Part shown: piece after piece, positions 57,520 to 64,000 of the stretch
Numbering within the stretch: the first letter of the stretch is position 1
Layout: each line of letters opens with the position of its first letter
Source of the DNA: Cyanophora paradoxa CCMP329
Lineage: Eukaryota > Plantae > Glaucophyta
Assembly: GCA_004431415.1 (NCBI GenBank)
Contig: QPMI01000003.1
Location: 124,001-188,000 of the forward strand
Direction: 5' to 3'
Length of the DNA: 64,000 nucleotides
The notes under the pieces: model-generated
The model's database searches: none
Seen by the model: only the letters and a program-made list of their open reading frames with translations
What the model was told of the DNA's origin: nothing
Made by a program: the position numbers and the translations under genes

Positions 57520-59890
57520 CTACGCGGGGCGGCGCTTGCGTTCGCCGGGCTTGCCAGGGAGCAGCCGCGAGCCGTCCCAGAAGAAGTACTCCTGCGGAGT
57601 CTGTCCGATGTGCACCGCGCACCTGCCGTCCAGGGTTAACGTTTGATGTGTGTGTGCCAGAGGGCGGGCGGATCGGACCAGCACGGGGTGACGGGGGAGA
57701 GCTTGAGGCCGGACGGCTTCAGGCGGGGGCACCCCTGCGCACTGCTCGGGGCGCTCAGAGGGCGAGAGGGGAGAAAGAGAAGGGGCGGAAAGGGGGTACT
57801 GGATCTTGATCAGGTCGGGGCTGGCCGCGCTGATCGACTGGACGTCCACATCCGCGAGATCGATCCGCTGGGGGTACGTCAGAGGCGAAGCGGAGAGGGG
57901 TACAGGGCCCAGGGCGGCGCACGCGCAGGCGGGGGAGGCAGGTGAGATCCATGTCGCGCGGCCCCGGCATCCCGCCGTACTGCGCGCCCGCGGGTCATGG
58001 GGGGGTACCGGTGGCGATCGCGAGGGGGGCGCGGCGCACGCAGAGGGTCTCGAGGCGGGGGGCGCCGCGGAGGGCGGCGGGGACGGCGGCGGCGATGCGG
58101 GGGAGGTTCTCGAGGGTGAGCTCCCGCAGCAGCGGCGCCTGCAGCGCGAAGCTGGCCGCGCTCTCCACGTGCCGCACGGCGAGCTCCCTGCGCCGCCGCT
58201 CGAGGAAAGGCGAGGGGCCGGGGCGGGGGCGGCGGGTCCGGGGCGGGCCTGAGGCGCGGGGCGGCGACGTGGAGGGCGCGGAGCGGGGCGCGGGGGGCGG
58301 AGGCGGGCCCCGCGTAGCCGGCCGGCATCCCCGAGAGCTCGAGGCGCTCCAGCAGCGGGCTCCGCCTGCAGAGCGCCGCGAGCCACGCGTCCGTCAGCAC
58401 CGACGCCGCCACCAGCACCGCCGCCTGCGCCGCGGCGGGCGGGCGCCGCTCAGCGCCGCGTCGGGCGGGCCGGCGCGGGGCGGCGGGCGGGCGGGGAGCG
58501 GGCCTCGCGGAGGGACGGGGCGCGCAGGTCGACGTCGGCGTCGGCGCCCCACGGGCCGAACTCGAACTCCTCCAGCCTGCCGCGGCCGCCGAGTCAGCGG
58601 CCGGGCGGCCGGCGAGGGGGGCTCCACGGCGGGCGCCGGCGGGCGGACTTGGGGGCGTCGAGGAGGAGGGTGGAGCGGTGGCGGCAGCGCATGCGGACGA
58701 GCGGCGGCGTGGTCTCGCTGGAGAGCCGCAGCGAGCGGCACGCCGGCAGCGGCAGCGGCAGCCGCTCGTCGGGGCCCCCGTCCGGCTTGATCCTGCGCCC
58801 CCGGCCCGAGTGGGCCGCCGCAGAACGCTGCGGCGCGGCGGCGCGCGGGCGCGCGTATGCGCACATTATGCAGAGCGTCTCGAGGTTGACGCAGGCGGCG
58901 AAGGGGGCCAGCATCGCCGCGGATGGGCCCCACTCCGGCATCTGCGGGCAGAGTTAGGGTCAGGCGCCGCCCGCGGTGGCCGGGCGGCCCCGCACGGTGA
59001 TGTGGAGGTGCCTCAGAGCGGGCCCGAAGACCCCGGCGAGGTCCGTCTTGAAGAGCAGCACGCGGCCCGTGCGGACCGCTGCGGCCGCCTCAGCGGGCAG
59101 CGGGCAGCGGGGAGGGGGGCGGGGGGGTGGAGGAAGGCGGGGCGCGCTGGAGCAGAAGCCGTTGAGGTCGGGGCAGTGGACGGGGGCGGAGGGGGTGCTG
59201 AAGCTGCGGAGGGCGGGGCAGCCGGGGGCCCGCACGCGCAGCGCGGGGGCGGGGATCATGCTCTTCCACATGTCCTCCTGCAACTCCCACTCGAACCACT
59301 CGTCCTGCGGGGGGGCCGGGGCGCGCTCTCGTCAGACCCCGCCGGCACGGAGGAGCCGAGGGAGAGAGCGCGCCTCCTCGAACGCGTCCTCCGTCTCCTC
59401 GTACTCCTCCTCGAAGTCGTCGCTCGCGTCCCAGTCCCCCCCGTCCCTCGGCGCCCCAGGCCAGCCGGCCGCCCTGCCGCCCCCGGCCGCCCGATCGACG
59501 CGGCGGGCGGGCGAGCTCGGCGGGGGGCGCACCCGCGGTCCGGGGCGCGGGGGCGGCGGCCGGCGAGCCAGATGCGCGGGCTGTCGAGGCGGACGCAGGC
59601 GCCGCGGCGCATGACCGTCGAGGCGCCCCTGCGCCGCCTCCGTCAGGCGGGCCGAGCAGCACCGCGCCGCACCGCAGGGCGGGGCGGGGCGGGGCGGGGC
59701 GGACCAGGGGCGGGGGGCCTGCAGGCCGTCGCAAGTCCAGATGTTGACGGAGAGGCCCTCGAGGCGCGGGCAGTCGCGGACGGTCAGGCTCTGCCCCGGC
59801 TGCGGGGAGCCCCACATCTCGTCGTCCTCCGCCTGGTTGCGCTGCCAACCAGCCGCAGCCTGCGCGCCCGCCGCCGTCGACACGAGAGCT

Positions 59891-59927
<37 letters not shown>

Positions 59928-61753
59928 ACCGCTCGATGGTGGGGGATCCCTCGATGAGGGTGACGGGGGCGGGCGTCCCGGCCGGCGGGAACTCGCCGCC
60001 GGGCAGCTCCCACCGCACGGCGAGCGCCCGCAGGCCGCGCGTCGGCGCGTGCTTCACCGCCTTATCGCTGCCCGTGGAGACCGCGGCGTCGCCCAGCAGC
60101 GCCGAGAGCGCGAAGGCGTCCGCGGGGGGCGCCGCCGCCGCCACCGCGAGCGACTCGAGGCGGGGGAGCGCCTCGAGCAGCGCCGCCGCCTTGGGCCCGT
60201 TCAGCACGGGCCGCTTCGACTCCTCGTCGTCCTCGTCGTACGAGCCCCGCACGTCCAGCGCCAGCCTGCCGCCGCCGTCAGTTGCAAGCGCACAGCGAGA
60301 GATGCAAGAGGGCTGCGCGGGGCGCGCGCCGGACGAGGAACTTGCAGCGGGCGGTGATGCTCTGGAGCAGGGCGGCGTGCGGGCTCATCGCCGTGATCGC
60401 CAGGCCCCTCAGCGCCGGGTACTCCCGCGGGGCATCCGCGGCGCTGCCGGCGGGCCGGGTCAGAGGCGCCGGGGTCGGGGCGGGGCGCGGAGGCCGCGGC
60501 CACGGGGCGAACCGGGCGGGCGCGCCCTTCTTCTCGGGCGCGGGATCGAGCATCGGGTTGGGCACGCCGAAGAGGGCCTCGGCCACGCCGCTGCCCACGT
60601 CCAGGTTTCCAACGACGAGGTTCCGCAGGCCCTGCCGGCCCCGCGGCGGCGTCGGAGGGCGCGGGCGACACGCGCGCGCGGCGGCGCGGCGGCGCGCGCG
60701 CACCGGAGCGACGCGGGCAATGGCCACCGGGAGCGCGGCGGCGTCGCCCGTGGGGCGAGCCTCGACGCAGAGGGCGCGCAGCGGGGCGCCGCGCGTGGCC
60801 ACGCCGGCGAGGAGCGCCGCCGCCGACGCCGCGCGGATCCCGACTGCGCCCTCCCTCGGCCCGCGCCCCTCCTGCTCCGCCGCGTGCATGTGGAACTCGT
60901 TCGACTCCAGAAGCTGGCCGGAAAGACTCGTGAGAGGGCTGCAGCGGCTCGATGGAGCCTTGGGCGGGGGAAGCGGTGGCGCACCTCGAGGCGGCGGAGG
61001 CGGGAGCCCCAGGTGCGGCCCTGGAGGACGGCCTGCGCCACCGTCACCGCGCGGCCTTGGGCCATCAGCGTGCCGAACTGCGAGGCGAGGACGGCCTCCA
61101 CGTGCGACTCGCCGATCGCCACCAGCTCCTCGGGGCCCTCCGGGCAGCCGCGGGTGAACGCCATCGTCCAGATCCCGGCTTTCGCCGCGTTCAGCTGCAC
61201 CAGAGCGTTCGAGTCGAACTGCACCCTGCGCGAGGGACGACTGTGAGATCTAGAGCCAGCGGGGGCCGGCGTACGTGAACGTCCAAGCGCGTCAAAGCAA
61301 ATGGAGCACCGATAAAGACGCTTGCAGGACGCGGCGAGGCCGAAGCGGGACTGCGCGTCGCCCAGCCTGCAAGCAGAACGTCGGCGCCGGCGCGTGTATA
61401 TGACGCATGCACGCGGCGCACCGATCGAAGATCGAAGCAAGGATCGCGTCAGGGAGCGTCAGGATGAAGTCGCATCCCTCCTTGATGCCGCCGATCTCAG
61501 CAGAGCTCGAGTCGCCATCGACGGCCGCGGGACTCGCGGCGGGGACTTGCTGTTCGCATATCGCCCCCTCTAGATCTGATCGCTGAGGAGATTTCGCGGA
61601 AGCGGACGTGGACGCGGGATCGGCCGGCGCCGGCGCGTGGTCGCCATGTGCTGTCGGAGGCCGCTGCGCGCTTCCGACTGGTGACGATCCATCTGAGGAT
61701 GCGGGCGCCTTCGATTTGGACGCCGGCTTGGTGTTCAGGAAGCCCTTCCGCAT
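57520..61753 (-). CDS. F-box/leucine-rich-repeat protein (FBXL-like)
   Basis: F-box ILTLPDAILASIFDR|LGDAQSRFGLAASCKRLY. Cys-containing LRRs: LPRLESLAV, CPRLEGLSV, CPALRSF, CVNLETL, SPLLERLELSGM, APLLRELTLENL, CPRLKPSGL. Many introns; boundaries approximate. Confidence 0.78.
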
Positions 61754-61976
61754 CGCAGGTCGAAGAGACCGTACCCCAAAACTTCAGCTGAGTCGAGCGG
61801 GACCTGTACCCAAACGCGTCCGGCTCGGTCGCCGGACGGCGGTCGCAGGAGCGCATAGCTGGCACACACACTCGGTCGACGCCGGGAGAAGGTTGGAGCC
61901 GCCCGCGAGCTGCAGCCTCCCCTGCAACGCGTCTGGCCCATGCCAGCGCGCGCAGCCTGCAGCTGGGCGAAGCGCG

Positions 61977-63253
61977 ATGCGGCACCAACAAGAGCGAGCT
62001 TCGGCTCCTACAACCAGCGGGGAGATTTACTACCTCGTCCCCAGTCGGCGGGAGGCGAACGCCGCCGAGGCGCCGACCGCGGCCGCGGCCGCGGCCGATG
62101 ACCACGACGCGAGCGTTCGCGTGGGCATCGAGGCGGTCTGCTTCGAGCTCTGCGGCTTCCTGAAGGATGCTCTCGCAGCGGACAACATCCACAAGCCCCG
62201 CGCGCGAAGGTCCGCTTGCGCATGCATATATATGCTCGCGCTGTGCGAATTCGCGCGCGCCAAGCTCGCTGACCGCGGCCGGACGCGCAGACCAGCCGCC
62301 TCTCCCCGTCGACAGGCGCTTTGCAAGCCGAGAAGCGGTGCTGCGGATCTCGGGTCTGTGCTCGCTGATCGCGGGCGTCGGCGCGGAGGCGGAGCTGGGC
62401 GCGCGGCTCGGCGCGCTCTCCGACGACGAGCTGTGGGAGACGGTGATGGCGGCGGAGTACCTGCAGTGCGCGCCGGTCTCGGAGCGCCTGCGGGCGCTCG
62501 CGCGGGCGCGCGTCTGGCGGGGCGCCGGCGACGACGTGCGGGCGCTCGCCGCGGCGGGCGTCGCGGCGCCGGCGCCGGGGCGGCGCGGGGGAGCTCTTCG
62601 GGCGGCTCGCCGGCTTCGTGCAGGCGCTCGCCGGCCTCATCCCCGCCGGCCTCCGCCCGGAGGACGTGCGCGCCCTGCAGCCCTCCGTCGCCTACCACGT
62701 GCGCCCCCGCGCCCCGCGCCCCGCGCTGCCCCCGCGGGCCCTTTTGACCCCTCGTCGCAGTGGGCATACGAGCTGTGCGCTGCTGCAGGGGGCGAGGGGA
62801 GGGAGAACAGGCGCGTCCCAGCGAGCCCTCGCATTTTCTTGTCGGCCGCGGCCGCCCGCGCGGTTGACGACCCCTGCAGCGAGAAGGCTTACGACCTCGC
62901 CGTCGCCGGCTTCGTGCGCGCCCGCTGGCCTCCCTGCGAGCCGCGAGCCGCGCGAGCCGACCGATCGGGCGCAGCGCGTGGCGGCGCGGGCGTACGAAGC
63001 GTACCCGGAGGCAGCGCGCCGCGTCATCGCTGAGCGCTCGGCCACCCTCCCGACCTCCCTCCTCGAGGGTGCGCCCGCGCGGGCGCCGCACGCCCCCGCC
63101 GGGTGGGCGGGGCGAGTAACGGGCGGGCGGCAGATGTGCTGGGCGTGCCGTGCGGCGGGGGGCCGCTGGAGGAGGCGGCGGGGGCGCTGGCGGCGGTGCG
63201 GGCGCCCTACGCCGCCTTCACAGGCGTCGTCCTCCGAGTCTTCCGCTACCTCG
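61977..63253 (+). CDS. Skp1/BTB-POZ-like protein (divergent), 3' end not found before the AT-rich segment
   Basis: VCFELCGFLKDAL, PLPVDRRFASREAVLRI and LSDDELWETVMAAEYLQCAPVSERLRALARARVWRGAGDDVRAL resemble Skp1 helices (LFELILAANYL...EEIR). Confidence 0.55.
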
Positions 63254-63300
63254 TGCGTCGCGCCGCGGGCCGGGGCTGCGCGGGTGTGGCCCCGCTCGCT

Positions 63301-64000
63301 TGGGGGTAGCCCCCACCAATTGCGCGACCTTCCCGCGACCATTTTCAATAAGCACATTTTCAGCATCACGAATCTCAGTCACAAAATCACAAATTCGCAC
63401 TGAGCCACACTGTATTTTTCAGACTTCTAACCTCTCCTTACTGAAACCAATCACGAAACCCTTTAATTCTCCACTTTTCTAATTCCTTACCATTCCCAGT
63501 AAGCCCTTTAACTTTCCCCCGATCTCTCAGTAAGGACAGTAAGACCCTCATTTTTACGAAATGTTCCCGATCGTTTCCGGACTGTTTTCAGTTAGCCAAA
63601 TTGAAAAATCCAGGTAAACCCCACCAAATAAACAGGTGATCCCCACTTAAAGATATCCCGAATGTATAATGTAACAATGGCAAGCAATCAAGTAAATCTA
63701 CCTGAGAGTAAGCGGTGCAATGTTTGCGATAAGGTAAAACCGGCATCGAGTTATGCATTGCAAAAGCGTAGCTCAGGGAATGTACTTTTGAATTGGAGGT
63801 GCAAAGTTTGCGACCGAGACTATCACAATTACCTTTATCATTTCGTGTTAAAAACGCGTCCGAAGATCGAAGTACAATCGAAGATATGCTCGCACTGCAA
63901 GATTGAGAAGCCTGCAAGCGAGTATAATAAAAAACAAAGCACAAAGGATGGTCTCTACTATCAATGCCGAGAATGTTATAGTAAAACTCGTAAGAGTTAA
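63301..64000. mobile_element. Left end of an AT-rich foreign segment (candidate endogenous virus, Polinton-like element or DNA transposon), continuing beyond the window
   Basis: Abrupt drop in GC after ~63340. Starts inside what looks like an intron of the Skp1-like gene. Hairpin TGGGGG-TAG-CCCCCA at 63301-63315. Contains an intronless AT-biased ORF. Confidence 0.5.
63662..64000 (+). CDS. Small intronless protein with two tandem C4 zinc fingers
   Basis: KRCNVCDKVKPASSY..WRCKVC and KICSHCKIEKPASEY..KDGLYYQCREC. TAA at 63998-64000. Confidence 0.75.
   Translation: MYNVTMASNQVNLPESKRCNVCDKVKPASSYALQKRSSGNVLLNWRCKVCDRDYHNYLYHFVLKTRPKIEVQSKICSHCKIEKPASEYNKKQSTKDGLYYQCRECYSKTRKS

Overview
Nuclear DNA from a very GC-rich, intron-dense, flagellated microbial eukaryote (KATNIP is present; the style resembles the glaucophyte Cyanophora, but that is only a guess). 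Most long ORFs in the track are GC shadow frames or intron read-through, so genes were rebuilt by manual splicing. In order: the 3' part of a beta-helix (PMP-repeat) type-I membrane protein (+); a GH13 alpha-amylase-family gene (+); a SOX/MATA-type HMG-box factor (-); a ~14-kb single-chain fungal-type fatty acid synthase with fused PPTase (-), head-to-head with a PAQR/AdipoR gene (+); RPL3 (-), head-to-head with a 78-aa SERBP1/Stm1-motif microprotein (+); KATNIP (+); a spliced kinase-LRR-HNH-zinc-finger gene (+), split mid-exon by an 8.3-kb antisense APE-RT-RNaseH LINE with a perfect 14-bp target-site duplication; an F-box/LRR gene (-), head-to-head with a Skp1-like gene (+); and the start of an AT-rich, intronless, virus/transposon-like segment. 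The best candidate for an undescribed system is the kinase-LRR-HNH-ZnF protein. It is visible only after removing the LINE, and its HNH exon is missing from the ORF track. GC-AG introns are unusually common throughout.
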